DNA of 64,000 nucleotides from Glaucostegus cemiculus (taxonomy: Eukaryota). The first letter of the stretch is position 1. Every line of letters starts with the position of its first letter. A program made the position numbers and the translations under genes. This document shows positions 38,400-51,949 of the stretch, one piece after another. The DNA lies in the NCBI GenBank assembly GCA_976551045.1, contig CDPCPM010000091.1:2046001-2110000 (forward strand). Reading direction: 5' to 3'. A model generated the notes under the pieces. The model made no database searches and was not told the origin of the DNA. It saw only the letters and a program-made list of their open reading frames with translations.

Positions 38400-39090
38400 C
38401 ACTTACAAACAACATAGGAGAGAGCTATTCAGCCCATCAGATACATGAGTTCGCAGGGGAGCAATCACATTAGTCCCATTCCCCCCGTCCTATTTCCCCA
38501 TACCCTTATTTGTTCTCATTTACATATGCCCATCAACTCCCCTTTAATTCATTTTCCCCTATAGTAATAGGGTAATTTACAGCAGCCAATTAATATTCCT
38601 GCAAGTCTGGGACATGCGAGGGAACCCACATGGTCAAGAAAAGAATGTGCAAGCTCCACACAGATAGCACCCAAGTCGCAATTGAGCCCAAGCCCAAAGG
38701 GTGGCCAGTATATAGACTGAGCTGCCAAGAAAGGAGGTGGTTGAGGGAGGTACATTAAAAACATTTAAAAGGCACTTGAACAGATACATGGATAGGAAAG
38801 GTTTAGAGGGATATTGTCCAAACTCGGGCAAATGGGAACCTTGGTCAGAATGGATCAGTTGGGCCCAAGGACCTGTTTGCATGCTGTACAACTCTATGAG
38901 TCCCTAGAGCTGAGAGACAGCACCATGAACTGATGCACCACTATGCTGTCCATGTGGACAAATAGATTTAACTCTTTAACTTTGACCTGAAACATTAACT
39001 CTTGTTTTCTCTGATGCACAACCACCCAAGTATTTCCAGCATTCTCCATTTTATTTCCACTTTCCAGCATCTGCAAGATTTTGCTTTGGT
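38400..39090. mobile_element. Cluster: decayed SINE (minus, about 38410-38715), CR1 3' end (plus, about 38730-38900), pseudo-LTR repeat (plus, about 38980-39080)
   Basis: gaacccaca...tgcaagctccacacagatagcacc; catttaaaaggcacttgaacagatacatggatagg; gacctgaaacattaact...ttccagcatctgca. Confidence 0.7.
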
Positions 39091-41229
39091 AAAAATACAG
39101 CCTGTTTTATTTGTGTGAGAAGACCTACAGAGTACCATGCTATTTATGGCCTCTGTATAAAGTATGATCGAGTGTGATCGATTAGGGATCTTATCCTAGT
39201 GATCAAAGTGATGAATAAATGCCATCTTCATGGAACGTTTTCAAGTAAATCAGTTTATATACTAATACAGCTAATACTTCTGATAAATAGGTTTCTTCCC
39301 AAACCAAGTGGTTAGATTAAACAAATATATTGTGACAAACCACAGTTCACATCCTGCGCCACTACAAAGGATCATTCAAAAAATACAAGGATAAAATGTA
39401 GTTCAATAACCCTTTTTTATAATAAAGGTTTAAATCCATTTAAGAAATGCACTGAAATTAAAGCATGTAGAATAAAGCATTTTAAGAGTAATAAGAAATA
39501 TGAGGAAGAAAAGCTTCAATTCAGAGGCAATAAAAAGATGCTGAAAATCTGAGAAACTAGAAACATGCAACCTATCACTAGCTAAAAGTAAAAGCTAGGT
39601 TATAATTGCTAATAAGAGGTTATAGTCAAAATGTTATCTTTCTCTTTCAGATGCTGATTGATCCGCCGTGCACTTTTTGCCCCTTTTATATGGTGTAAAG
39701 ATGAACTAATTATGGGCAATTAGTTTGTGGAGGGTGGCTGAAGATACAGTTCTCTGAAGTAGTGTGTGTTTATTTATAACCCAGTTATTATAAATTTTTC
39801 TTTCCTCCTTTAAGTACACAGATTATCTCTTCAAGGTTTAAACTGCTGATTTAATTCTCTGATAGCATATATATACCTTGCCTGCATACCACCTTTTGCC
39901 TTTCACAGCAGAAGTATTTTATGATTTATGAAGACTAAAATATTTAAAATCAAGGGAAGGATGTGCTTAAAAACCATAAAATCTTCACACTTCATAACAG
40001 GTTTTACCATTTACTGCTTAATGCAATCAGAGGAGACAAACTACCATTATCACTGTCCGCTTGGAGTTAATCAACTGTTCAGCCTAGTTGGTTCATTCTG
40101 TATTATATGGAATGCAACCCAGTGCACTTAATACCATGCTGCAGTTACGTGGCAGTTCTCAGCCTGATGATGCCCAAAGGGTGCAATTACCTTCAATTAC
40201 ACCAAGTAATTTTTATTATGGAATTTTAGTCCATCACACCACATGAGAAATTGGAAATACTCACTTCAGACAAGTAATGTATAATTTTCTACTTCTGTGG
40301 GGTGCAAATCCCCCATAATGTTTGATTATATACAAATGTAAAAGAAAGGTCTGCAACTAACTGCGTGATGCAATGTGTATAACAATTCTCCACAGCAGCA
40401 TTATCAATCCTCTACAAAGACTGCAAGATTTATTCTAATGTTTTTTTAAACACATGACAGTGCTAAGGTTACTTTTAATAAATTAGAAAGTGAATAATTG
40501 TTCAGAAAATAGCAGAAAGATCTTTTGGCAAGGTGTCCTTTAATTGCTATTTTTAAGTGCACTGCACTAATTACTGTTTTAGAAGGAACTAGTTATGTAA
40601 CATGTGCAAGAAAATGAACATGGGCAAGGAAAAGAAAATCAAATTGAGAACTTTTCATAACAATCTAAATTGCTTTTGTCTCACTGGCAAGGTCAACCTT
40701 CCCCATGTCAGTTTGCTACTGGGATTTAATAATTACTGCTACATCTTCTCTACGGCTTCAAACATCTTGGGAGATTATTCAAATAAGTCAGCTGCAGCTT
40801 CAAGAACTGCACATTGTATTTAGTTTTTCTATATGCCAACTGATCCAGAATCAATTGGTTTGGATAGAGTTAACAGCCAATTTGTGACAAGTAAATAATC
40901 CAGATTCCGAGAATAGGAAGAATCCCTCACTCAGATAGAGATTAGAGCCTATAATTCTAGCCTCCACTTTCCTGTCCTCACAACTCCCCTCTGCTGCCAT
41001 CTGGCAACACTAACATACCTGGTTGCACCTAATGTCACGTGCAAAAGTATGGGCATTACTGACATTCCACATCAAAGCTTAGCTACCCTTAAATGCAAGG
41101 AATACATGTCTCATACTTGCCCATTCTAAAAGAATCCATTTAGATTTCAAAGTATCAGCCACAAGGTTCCTAAACTGGACAGTTGTCTGAAAGTAGTAAG
41201 TCATGAACACAGTAAAGGGACCTAATCAG

Positions 41230-41810
41230 AGATTATTGCAAAGTTTCCCCATCAAGCTTATCAAAATAGCCAATGGAATATCAGCCATTTTGCATGGGAG
41301 TCAGAATTCAAACAAGCAGTAGTAATCTGTGGTATAGAATCTTGGTCAACCATTTGGTATACCAAAACTCAGCATTGTTATACTGCCCTTAAGAGGGGTA
41401 GAGCAAGAGAGATACACCACAGCTTAAAAAATTTTGGTATGATATCAAGTTGTAAACATTCAGCTCCTTTCCATATGCTCAATTAGCTGAGGTGCGAATT
41501 ATCTCGACTTCAAAACAGTTGAAAGATTTGAATACTTGGAAACTATTTTTTCTGGTGAGGAATCCAGAGCTAAGCAGCTTGAAACTGTAAATTAGGAAGC
41601 GGTCTTTATGTTCAAAGGTAATGGAAATATGGAACTTGCCACAGAAGGGATGTGGATTCAGGGTAGATGAACTTTTCTGGTCCAATATTGAGTGATCTTT
41701 TGAGGCAAGGTCATCAACAGATAGGAACAGAGAAATACACAGAAAAGATACAATTGGATTAATTGGATGGCAGAGAAAATTCAATTGACTGAGCGGCTTT
41801 TGTTCATCAA
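41230..41810 (+). mobile_element. Highly decayed CR1 3' region
   Basis: atcaaaatagccaatggaat...cttggtcaacc...ggtaatggaaatatggaacttgc. Confidence 0.45.
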
Positions 41811-41929
41811 AGTTTTACCTGATGTAGTTGCCTTAGAGTTAGGTTTTCCTCATAGATAATAATTCTTTTTTTAAAACAAAAAATTGCAGAAGCAGTGATG
41901 TTGACTCTGGGAAAACAAATGCCTTCCAT

Positions 41930-42110
41930 CACAGCAACAAACGATCTGCTGGAGGAATTCAGCCATCTGTGTGAGACAAGGAATTGTCAGGACTACTGTA
42001 GGGTTTTGACCTGAAGCATCAACAATTCCTTTCCACAGACGTTGCTCAACCCAGAGTTCCTCCAGCAGATAGTTTATTGCTTCAGATTCCAGTATCTACA
42101 GTCTCTTCTC
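41930..42110. repeat. Fold-back (head-to-head) pseudo-LTR repeat
   Basis: atctgctggaggaa / ttcctccagcagat and aaggaattgt / acaattcctt are reverse complements. Confidence 0.75.
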
Positions 42111-42389
42111 TTTTTTCCAATCACAGAATGGTTACAGTACAGAAAGCAGCTATTTGGCTTGTTCAGTCCATACTGGGTCTATGCAACAGTAATCCTGCAA
42201 GTTTCATTCCCCTAAAATCTCATGTACATGGGTGATTTCCCTAGCATGGAATCTTCCATTGCTTTAGTTTTAGCCTAGCCTCACCCAGATAATACTAGCA
42301 GCTAGAAGAGACATCCAACCATCTACAGAGGGCTTGGCCCAAACAAAGTCAAGATCTCTATCAGAGGCCAATGGTCCTGGGTGCACTGT

Positions 42390-42605
42390 TAAATGAAAAC
42401 AGATAATGCTGAAAGTACTCAGGTCAGACAGCACTTGAGAAAGGAGAAGCAAAGTTAATGGTTCAGGTCAATGACCTTTTTACATAAAAAAGGTTATCAA
42501 TCTCAAACATTGACTCTCTCCACAGATGCTGCCTGGCTTGCTGACTTTTTTTTTAAAAAAAAAGCACTTTCTGTTCTTATTTCAGATTTCCAGCATCTAT
42601 AAGTT
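42390..42605. repeat. Fold-back pseudo-LTR repeat
   Basis: aaatgaaaacagataatgctg...caggtcaatgacctttt, then aaaaggttatcaa...cacagatgctgcctggcttgctga...ttcagatttccagcatct. Confidence 0.65.
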
Positions 42606-45600
42606 GGTTGCTTTTCAAAGTAATGTTGGATCAAGACAAAGAATATAGTTGCAACGGAAGTTTTCTAAATATAACCTAATGGGTGCCCTTGAGTAAATAT
42701 TGATATTCTACTGCAGATTAACAAAGGCAATTTAGTTGATACTCATAATGCCTGCCATTTCCTACAGGTTCCCATTGTACAATGCAAGTTGCAACATTAT
42801 TTGTAAAACTATTACTGCCACCTCATATTCTTTGATTTTATGACAGCCCAATGTGCAGTATGTAACAGGATGTTGGAATCGGGATTTTACTTACTTAACA
42901 ACTACATCTTTTCAATTATCTGCAGTTTATGAATTTGATCAGCACTAATAACTTATGGATGTTTCATATACTAAAGCTATCACTATTCTTATTCCTGAAC
43001 AAAGAAATTAAATAACAATCTCCATCTCTTCTCACTAACCAATATATAATGGAGAAATAGGTATATAGATTAGTCAGAACACAGCCTCAGATGCTTTGGG
43101 GACTGGGTGGGAAAATGGTCCAAGCTGATGAGGTGAACATCTCTCTCTGTAAATTGTAAGGCTTCCAAGTCAAATAGTTTGTCTATTCTTATCCTATCTT
43201 ATAGTACGCCAAATCCACCTTTGTCTTTGTAAATAACAAGATTTTTTTTTAAACATTGCTACTTTTAATTCAACAGAAGTTGATGACTTCAGTAGGAGGG
43301 GACATATGGATAGGAAACAAAGCTATCCTGTAATGATGGAAGCATAATTCTGAAGTAGACGCCAGGGTTATGACCGGGCTAGTACAAAGGCAGCTTTGCT
43401 CCGTGTATAATCTGTGCAATACTTAAGAGTGATTCATGTATAACACTGAGTGGAAAACTTGGAAAAATTCTACTGTTCTCCACTTTACATTCATATTTAA
43501 CACATATCACTTATTTCAACGCGAAAGGTCATCGCACTCAAATGAACTTGGTTTAGACACAAAGATGCTTTTGTACTGCCTGGCCCATTTACAAGGCTGG
43601 CCTCAACCAGTCAACTGAAGCATACTTCTGACCTTATGACAGTATCTTCTCTGATGCTTGTGAGTGAACCTACCAGTTACTTGGAGATGGGGATTGCAAT
43701 GGGGTTAACAACAACAGAAGTACACTAAGAATCAGGATGGAAATGGAAAACTAATTTAAAGTAGATATGGATGTGTAAATGGCAAGAGCCACAGAATTCA
43801 GTGGGCATGGTGTGCCACACAGTGTAAATATTTTCCAGCTATGCCAATGACCCTTTCTATGGACATGTTTTTAAACATACTCAAGTACTGAAATGAAGCA
43901 TGTAACATTTAATTGGAATCATTACTAATTGGAAGAATACAAGGAAGAATACACGATTTTACTGTGAAATTCAACCCCATTTATCTATTACATTCCAGCA
44001 TGAGGTTATAATCAAGTATCCCAGTAAAATAATGTCAACAAGTCAGCATAGTAAAAATCACTCTTAAAGATAGACCAGGCACCCTTATCGTGAAACTTGA
44101 ATTAAAATTTGCAATGGGTATTTGTACATCTTTGCTCTGATGCTAGCTGAAGGGTAAAGTTACAAATTCAATATTGAGTAATTCTTACCTCACTCACTGG
44201 TGTAGAAGCATAATGACAAGGGGAAACCAAATACAACCAACAGAAAAGAGATTATTCCATCCAAAGACACTACTTCATTATTAAGAAAAGGCCATTACAT
44301 TTATTGAGCAACTTTTTCTTCATGGAAGTCTGTGATCTAGAACAAAACTGCATTAGAGAAATCAGGAGTACCAAGTGCCATCTATACGAACTTGAATGAA
44401 GTATTTTTTTGTATGAATTACCCTCAAACAGAAAAGTCATGAGGCAGACTTTATATTAAATGACAGTTCATGATTTCTTCCCCCAATTCTAAAACATAAA
44501 AGTGTGAAAGTCAAAGCTAGAAGAGATTTTAAAAATGGAAAGGCTACACAAGCAGAGCTCTGGCTACTGGAATTTCAGGATGCCCCATGATGCCAGTTAA
44601 AGGGAAAAATAGGGCAAACTTCAATTTCAACATTTTGAACATCAGGGTATATACACCAAAAACCTAGCCACGACTTATCAACAATCAAGGCTTCCCATAG
44701 TAAGTAAAATTCCATTCTCTTAATAGCAATGCTTATTTTATAAAAAGTTTGACTCTGAACTTTCATTTCTTTAGTATGATTATGCTTGATGTTGTGAAAG
44801 GCTCTATATAAATGCAAGTCCTTCATGCTATTAATTGGAAATTGTACACACATTTTATACAACCAAAATATATATCCTACACATATGCTAAAATTATAGA
44901 TAAATCATTACTTTAGAGAAATTACAGAAATCCTTGGGCATCCTCCCCCACATTAGTGGCACAGGAGATAAAATAATGTAAGAAATCAGCCTGAATATCA
45001 TGTGGAAGGATCAGTACAAAGCAACTCACAGTTCAATGCATTATTAATAATTTTCTGTCACTATACCAGAAATGCTTAAGAAGCGAGATATAACAATGCT
45101 CCTTCAGGACTTGAGTGTTACCAATCATATCTTTAATCCCACTCCTAAAGTAATTTATGCTGGGTAAACAGAATTCTAAAGCTGTATTTTTTTTGTTGGT
45201 CTTAAGTAGATCTGTGGGATGATTACTTGTCATTGTTATATTTAAGAATCATAAGCATTTGCCGAATGGGCATGCTATTTCTCAAGAAATATTGACTAGC
45301 AAAAATATTTGAATAATGTGACATCACCACATGTAGAAATCATCCCTGCTATTTTAACCTCATAATTATAACCAAGATAACAGAGATTATTTACAAAATT
45401 GTGTCTTTCAGTGAGAGGTAGATCAGGTGCAAAATGTTGGTAAGTTTACACATCTGAACAGTTTTCAAACAATTACAGCATAGTAGGGAAGGAATTATTA
45501 AAATAGAGAACCAGCTATAAACATGCACCAGCTCAAATTTCATCCGATCTTTAAAATAACAATCACCAATGACCTGTCATTTAAAAGTACTGAACTATGA

Positions 45601-47939
45601 GCTCATTGCTCTGTATAAGAGCAGCCAATGAGTCTAAGCCAGAGGTTTGAAGTTCAGTGTCGGTGCTCTGCTGCAGAAGGGTACCAGTCTTCCCTTAAAT
45701 ATTTTCACAATATTTTAAAAAGTTCTATCAGGACTGGGTCTCAGAACCTTGGACTTTTACTTGGGCTTCACCCATGAAGACACACAAGGGGATCAAGAAG
45801 TCCACAGCAATTGTGACAAGAGATTGCTGCGGTGCACCTTTTTGCAAAAAGCCAGGCCTTCCCATCCGTGGATGAAGGAGGGCTACTGAAGGTTACATCT
45901 TCTCCACCTACTCACTAAGTGGGCTGTCCCTGCTGCCCATTAGCTACAGATACACAGTAGAACTTCAGTTAACCAGAATCCAGTCTATTTTACTCCAGTG
46001 GCATGCATGTTAAATGAATCCTATTGCGATGAATGGTCTCTGAAAACCAAGCTGAACTCAGCCACTGGTTGACGCTGAAGCTGTACTCCACAACCACCAT
46101 GACTATTTGGAATCTGCACACTGCATCTCTGAATGTACATGTGCACAATGCTCAAATTTCTTTTGGCATACTTCAGTGACAAAAATATCTCATGGGTAAC
46201 AATCTGATATTTTTCCTTTGGTTTAAGACCACCACAGTTCCTCAGCATTTACTTCTAGGTGCCCTTTCAACGTAATAGGTTAGTATGTTCTTACCTGGTT
46301 GCCTATTGATTTGGGAAGGGGTGCTGGATTAAGTGGATTCTTTGAATTGTCACTTCTCCCTCAAAACAAAAGTGAAGGGAGTGAAAGCACAGCCCAAGTC
46401 TCAAATTCTTATTGCAATGAACTCACTCAAAGTTGTCTCCTATCACGAGCACATACGAAGAGCCACAATTTACAGGGTTATGGATTTAAGGGCTGAAGTT
46501 AGAATTAGGGTGGGGTGCTCTTTTTCAGCTAGTAGAGACATAGACAACTTCTGTGTCACAAGTTTCGTATGATTTTAATCAGCTCAGATTGCACCTTCCA
46601 TGGGACTTGTTCTCATTGAAGCCCAAAACTCAAGCCCTCCTTTGATAGATTAGAAATAGCTCCATGTTAACTGTAAAGACTTGAAAATTGTGGGCTCTGT
46701 TATCTTAAAGTGTTTACAGTTAGAAAATGTCTCCTATAGGAATGGATTTCATTATACCTGATTCAACCATTAATTTGCTTTCTTGTAATTCCATCTCCTG
46801 TCTTATGCTGCTTCTTACAATGGTTGCAAACAACTTTGAGACATAAAATTAGCTCCACAGACAACACTGAGGAAAGTCATACATGTCTGGTGGAACAAAA
46901 TGGACAAACATTACTATGACTTCTACACAGAAGACAATGTTTAAATTTACTGCAAAAAGTAAAGCAACCAAAACAGGTCAATTAAAGCCCAAATCCATCA
47001 GCTACTAACCCACTAGATATGATGTTCCCATTAGGCTGTAGGGCAGACACAGTTTAAAACATATGGGTTTTCTGCACTTCATATGACTTTGATATTAAAA
47101 AAAATCCATTAAAAAAAAGTTTTAATTTGAAATTATGTGATGAGTGTGTGTTCCTAATACAGTTTAGCTAGGAGCACATATTGAACATTTTCACACTGAG
47201 GTCTCACAGAATTTACTTTAAACTGATAATCACTCATTTGACACCACACCATACATTTTGAACACAATCAAATAATGTTGCTTGGTCCCGTAATTATTCA
47301 GGAATATCTAAAAGGCAATAAATGCTCAAAATTGTTAACTAAAATTTGAAAGTAAATCAACTACTCAAATTAACACAAAATGCACGACACAAAGATTCAT
47401 CCACACTCAATATGCAATATATACAAAAATACAACCCAGGTGTTGACCATTCCAGCTAACCTAGGACCTTCCATCCTAAAACCCCTAGTCACCAGCCTGA
47501 ATGCATGAATATTTACTCAGTCAAGAGAATCAAATGTTATGACATATGCACTTACACTGCAGGAATGGCGAAGAGTATGCACATCAGCGCATCACTTCTG
47601 TTTTCCAAAGGAAAGGTATGATTGAGATCAAGGTTAAAAGGAGCTGAAGCCAAAAAGTATCAATATGGGCTGCAGTAAAAGTTACTTAGGAAAATTAGAA
47701 TTTCTTTCAGTCAGAAAATATGGTGGGGGAAAAGGACAGCAGGTAACCAGAGAAAGAAACTAAATAGAACTTTCTCAAATCACTCTCATTACATCTTGAA
47801 ATTTAATCTAAAGCTGTCTTCAAAGATGTCCTGGTCTGCAATTTCACTTCATCCTTTGCCACCTACAGTAGTTTAAACAGAAGATTTTTCTTCTTTTTCT
47901 CTTTTCAGACAACAAAGACCACAACTTCAACCTGCAAGT

Positions 47940-50430
47940 TCTAATGTTTCTCCACTTTCACCTTCCTCCGACCCCATTTCTCTCACTAATCTTCCCCTTT
48001 TCATGTGTTCTTTGTCTCTTCTGACCTTTCACTCACTGATCCCGAATGATGAGTCCTCAGTATAAGTAGACCCTTGGCTTCATTCACCTCATCCCATCTC
48101 AGTGAATTCCAAGCCCAAGAAAATGCCTGTCATTCCCTTGATCAGGAGTCCAAATTGCAGAGCCTTTCTCCCCCAACTTCAAAACTGCTGGTCTACTGGG
48201 CTCCCTCCATTTATTTATATTTAGACATACTCATTGCTAACTGTCAGTGTGACATTGACCATTACAGTCTTTTTCATTCCCCTTACTCTGATTTACCACC
48301 TTCCCCTCTGGTTATCAAGAACCCCAACATTGTCATTAAACCCACTGACAAGGGCAATGTTGGACTATTTATTGACCTAACCTTGGTGGTCTGAACATCA
48401 ACTCTGACACCTCTTGACCGCATCCCCACCACTGATCATCAGGCCATTGCCTTACAGACAAGCCACGTACTTCATCTCTCCAGAATATTTCTTCCCCTGC
48501 CCAGTCTCCACTTTGACAACCTGTTGACCTCCATCTCAGGAGATGTTTTGCAACCAATATCCACCACAAGCCCATGGACTTCCATAGCTATTGTAACACT
48601 TCCTCCCATCTTACTTCCTGCAAGGAATCCATTCCATTCTCAGTTTCTCCAGTTCTGTTTTCTCACTTTCCACACCAGTGCTTTTGAGATATCTTCATCT
48701 TTGCTTCCACCAGTTGGCAGGATTCTTCTACCTCCTGCAAATTTGCTCACACTCTTTCCTCCAAAACACAAAAATAAGTTTCCCCTTGTCCCCACCATCC
48801 ACCTCACCTCCCTTCACATTCAACCAATCATCCTCTATAATTTCCACCACTTTCATTGTCACGTCAACACTTGCAATTAGTGGCACCTCTCGCACCCATG
48901 CAGAACTTGCCATTTTCATAAATTTTGCCACTAATTTTCACCCAGCTCTACAATTCACTTGAACTATCTCTGACACCTCTCTCTCCCTTTCCTCGATCTT
49001 TCCATCTCCATCTCAGGAGATTCCTTATCCACTGACATCTTCTACAAACGCATTGATGCCCACCGCTACCTTGACTGCAGCTCTGTTCACCCTGTCTCTT
49101 ACAAGGACCCTTTCCCATTCTCTTAATTTCTCTGCCTCTGCTGCATCTGCTCCATAATGAGGCTTTCCACTCCAGGATATCCAGCTGCTCTGATCAAGAA
49201 AGCAGAGGGCAGTGAGGCTGTCACGGTGGGGAATGACGGTATATAGGGACTGGCCATGGTAGGGAATGGAGGTATATAGGCACTGGACATTCATGGTGGT
49301 TGTGCATGCCAGAGAATTTAAAGTTATGGAAGAGTTGGACAGCCTGTGAGATGTCAGGGATGTAGGTGGGAAGGAACTGGACCAAGGGGGACAAAATCGC
49401 GTTCAGGTGCAAGGATGCGAGCTCACGGGGCAAGAGCACACAGAGACAATAGGTCTGCTGGGATAGCCCTTCTTGTGGGTTTTAGGGAGAAGGTAGAAGC
49501 AGGCGGTCCTAGGTTGTGGGATGTTGGTAGCTCTGAGGAAGTTGGTGTGGGGGGGAGGGGGGGTGGTGGTAAACTCACGAGGTGATAAGGTGTGTGATGG
49601 TGCAGGAGATAGTGTCCTAGTGGTCCTCAATGGTGTCATGGTTCAGGGGTAGTAGGAGGAAGAGTCCCTTCAGGTGAAGCAAAGATTTACCTGCACCTCT
49701 CCTAATATCATTTACTGCATTTGGTGCTCCAAGTGTGGCCTCCTCTACATTGGCAAGATCAAATGCCGACTCTGTGACTATTTCTGAGAACACCTGTGCT
49801 CCATCTGTAAGCATGATCTGCATCTCCCTGTTGCCAGTCACTTCAACTCCCTCTCCCACTCCATCATTGATATGTCAGTCCTCGGCCTCCTCCACTGCCA
49901 GAAGTCCAAATGCAAACTGGAGAAGCAGCACCTCATTTTCCTTCTTGGAATCTTACGGCCTAATGGCATGAACATTGAATCCTACCACTTTAAGTAAACC
50001 AAACCCCCACCATGCCTCTTCTTTTCCTCCCTTTCCTAGCCTCTCTTTTTTCTCCTCACCCATTGCTTTCTCTTTCCTTCTCCTCCCCTCCCCCCATAGG
50101 GCATCTGCCTCCATACCTTTGACCCATCCCCTGGTGGATCTGCTCTCCACTTCTTCCCTGCACCTGCCTATTACTATCTCTTACCTGCATCTACCCATCG
50201 CCACCTTGTGCCCACCCTGCCTCCCCTCTTTTGTCCATCGATCACTACTCTGTTTCCTGCCCCCACCCATATATTGGGCTTTCTCTTTTCCTATCTTCAG
50301 CCCTGAAGAAGGACCCTGACCCAAAACATTGACTGTTTTTCTCCACGGATGCTGCCTGGCCTGCTGAGTTCCTGCTGCATCTTGTTTTTTTCATCTAGAT
50401 TCCAGCATCTGCAGTCCTTTGTTTCTCCAG
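47940..50430. mobile_element. Decayed, rearranged Penelope-like retroelement (RT + GIY-YIG endonuclease + pseudo-LTR)
   Basis: Plus strand: NPNIVIKPTDKG (about 48320), FINFATNFHPALQFT...FLDLSISISGD...YK (about 48910-49050), IIYCIWCSKCGLLYIG...EHL...HFN...GMNIE (49666-49997). Minus strand: FYLLPKTHK..PSRPIVS and SLYTVIPH (49191-49665). Stops and frameshifts throughout. Confidence 0.88.
50298..50335 (+). ncRNA. Degenerate minimal type I hammerhead ribozyme in the Penelope pseudo-LTR (probably inactive)
   Basis: CAGCC-CTGAAGA-AGGACCCTGACCC-AAAA-CA-TT-GACTG follows the order stem I / CUGANGA / stem II / (G)AAA / short stem III / UH / stem I. Confidence 0.5.
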
Positions 50431-50669
50431 CAACATTTTGATTTCCAGCACATTGGGTTTTACATCTCAAAATTCCTGTGTTTACATCTCCTCCAGACAG
50501 CTCAGTTGCATTTAACAAGCCTTCGCCATCCTCAATCACTGAGGCCATAGCCACAGGTCAGTCACTCTCTTCTGGTCTCTATCCTTTCATATTCTCGTTC
50601 TTTGTCTCCACCCCTCATCCTACTCTGTGATTTGAAACATACTTGCATCACTTTTAAACTTTGCCTTTA

Positions 50670-50762
50670 CATGATAACAAGATGACCTTAAACATTAACT
50701 CAATTTTTCTTCTCCACTGATGCTGCCTGACCTGCTCAGTATGTTCAGCATTTTCTGTTTTA
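50670..50762 (+). repeat. Pseudo-LTR short repeat
   Basis: gaccttaaacattaactc...gatgctgcctgacctgctcagtatgttcagcattttctgttt. Confidence 0.7.
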
Positions 50763-51949
50763 CAACTAGAAAAAGAACAGAGGCAAGTGCAGAGTGAAAT
50801 CCAGAGATAACGGAGAGCTCCCCTGAATAAAGTTTACTTTAAACATATGAATTTGCAATCCTTTATGAATCCACTGAATACTTAGGGAGATGACTTCATC
50901 AAACAATGGACTTGCACTGCTTCCACTGAAATGTGACAGTATACTGTATATTCAACAGAATACTTCTAGTAACAGGCATCAGTGAAACAGAGGTGAAGGA
51001 TGAGAGTCAGGGCTATATTAGAGAGCCACATATGTTGCCAGTGCTCTTTAAACAGCCATAATCTAAATGAAAAGTTAGCCAATCAAAATAATTTTTAAAG
51101 TCCATAGATTCTAACTATAAGAAACATCTACAATAGCCCATTTATCTATTATATATGAGCACCATTTCAATGGAACTAGCCCTGGAGGCGGGTTTTGAGC
51201 ATCACGTTATGCAACTCATTAAGTTGGATATTCCTAACCTTACATGACAGGCTGCTTAATGCTTTCCACCCACCAAACATCGAGAGGCAGCAATTATATT
51301 TTATTTCCAAGATCCAGTCCCCAAATGAGCTCCAAAAAATCTCCAGACAGGTTAAACATCATCTAATCATCAAATAATTTAGCCCTGCTATAATCCCAAA
51401 GATTCTTTTCCAGTTGAGGCAGTAAGTAGCACCAGACAAGGCCTTCAGAATCCAGCACTCATTTAAATGACCCAAATGCAAAACTCCATGAACTTTAATT
51501 AGATTGTTATATCTTGGAAGCACTGTGCTGGAGTTCACCCTCTCTATACCAAAAGCAATCCAATGTTACGAGAAGGAAATTGCTCCTCCATCCATCGATC
51601 TCCACACCCTCTCCCTCACAGATGGAAATGGCGCAAGTTTCACAACTTTAAAGAAGCTGGCTTTTGGGCTTCTGCTCTTCCCAACACTCAGCCACAACTC
51701 TCAGGAGGAAAGCCTATCCTTTCACTCCAGTCACTCCCTTGATCCTCTTTGTACTCAACGTAACTTTTCATTTATTCAGAGGATGCGAGCACCACATTTA
51801 CTTGCCATCCTTGTATACCCCCAAATAATTTTAGAGGGCAATTTAGAGTCAAGCACATTGCTGTACGTCAGTGGTCACATGAAGACCAAGTAGGTACAGT
51901 AAATGGAATTCCCTGAAGGAGATTAGTAAGCCAGGTAGATCTTTGCTGT

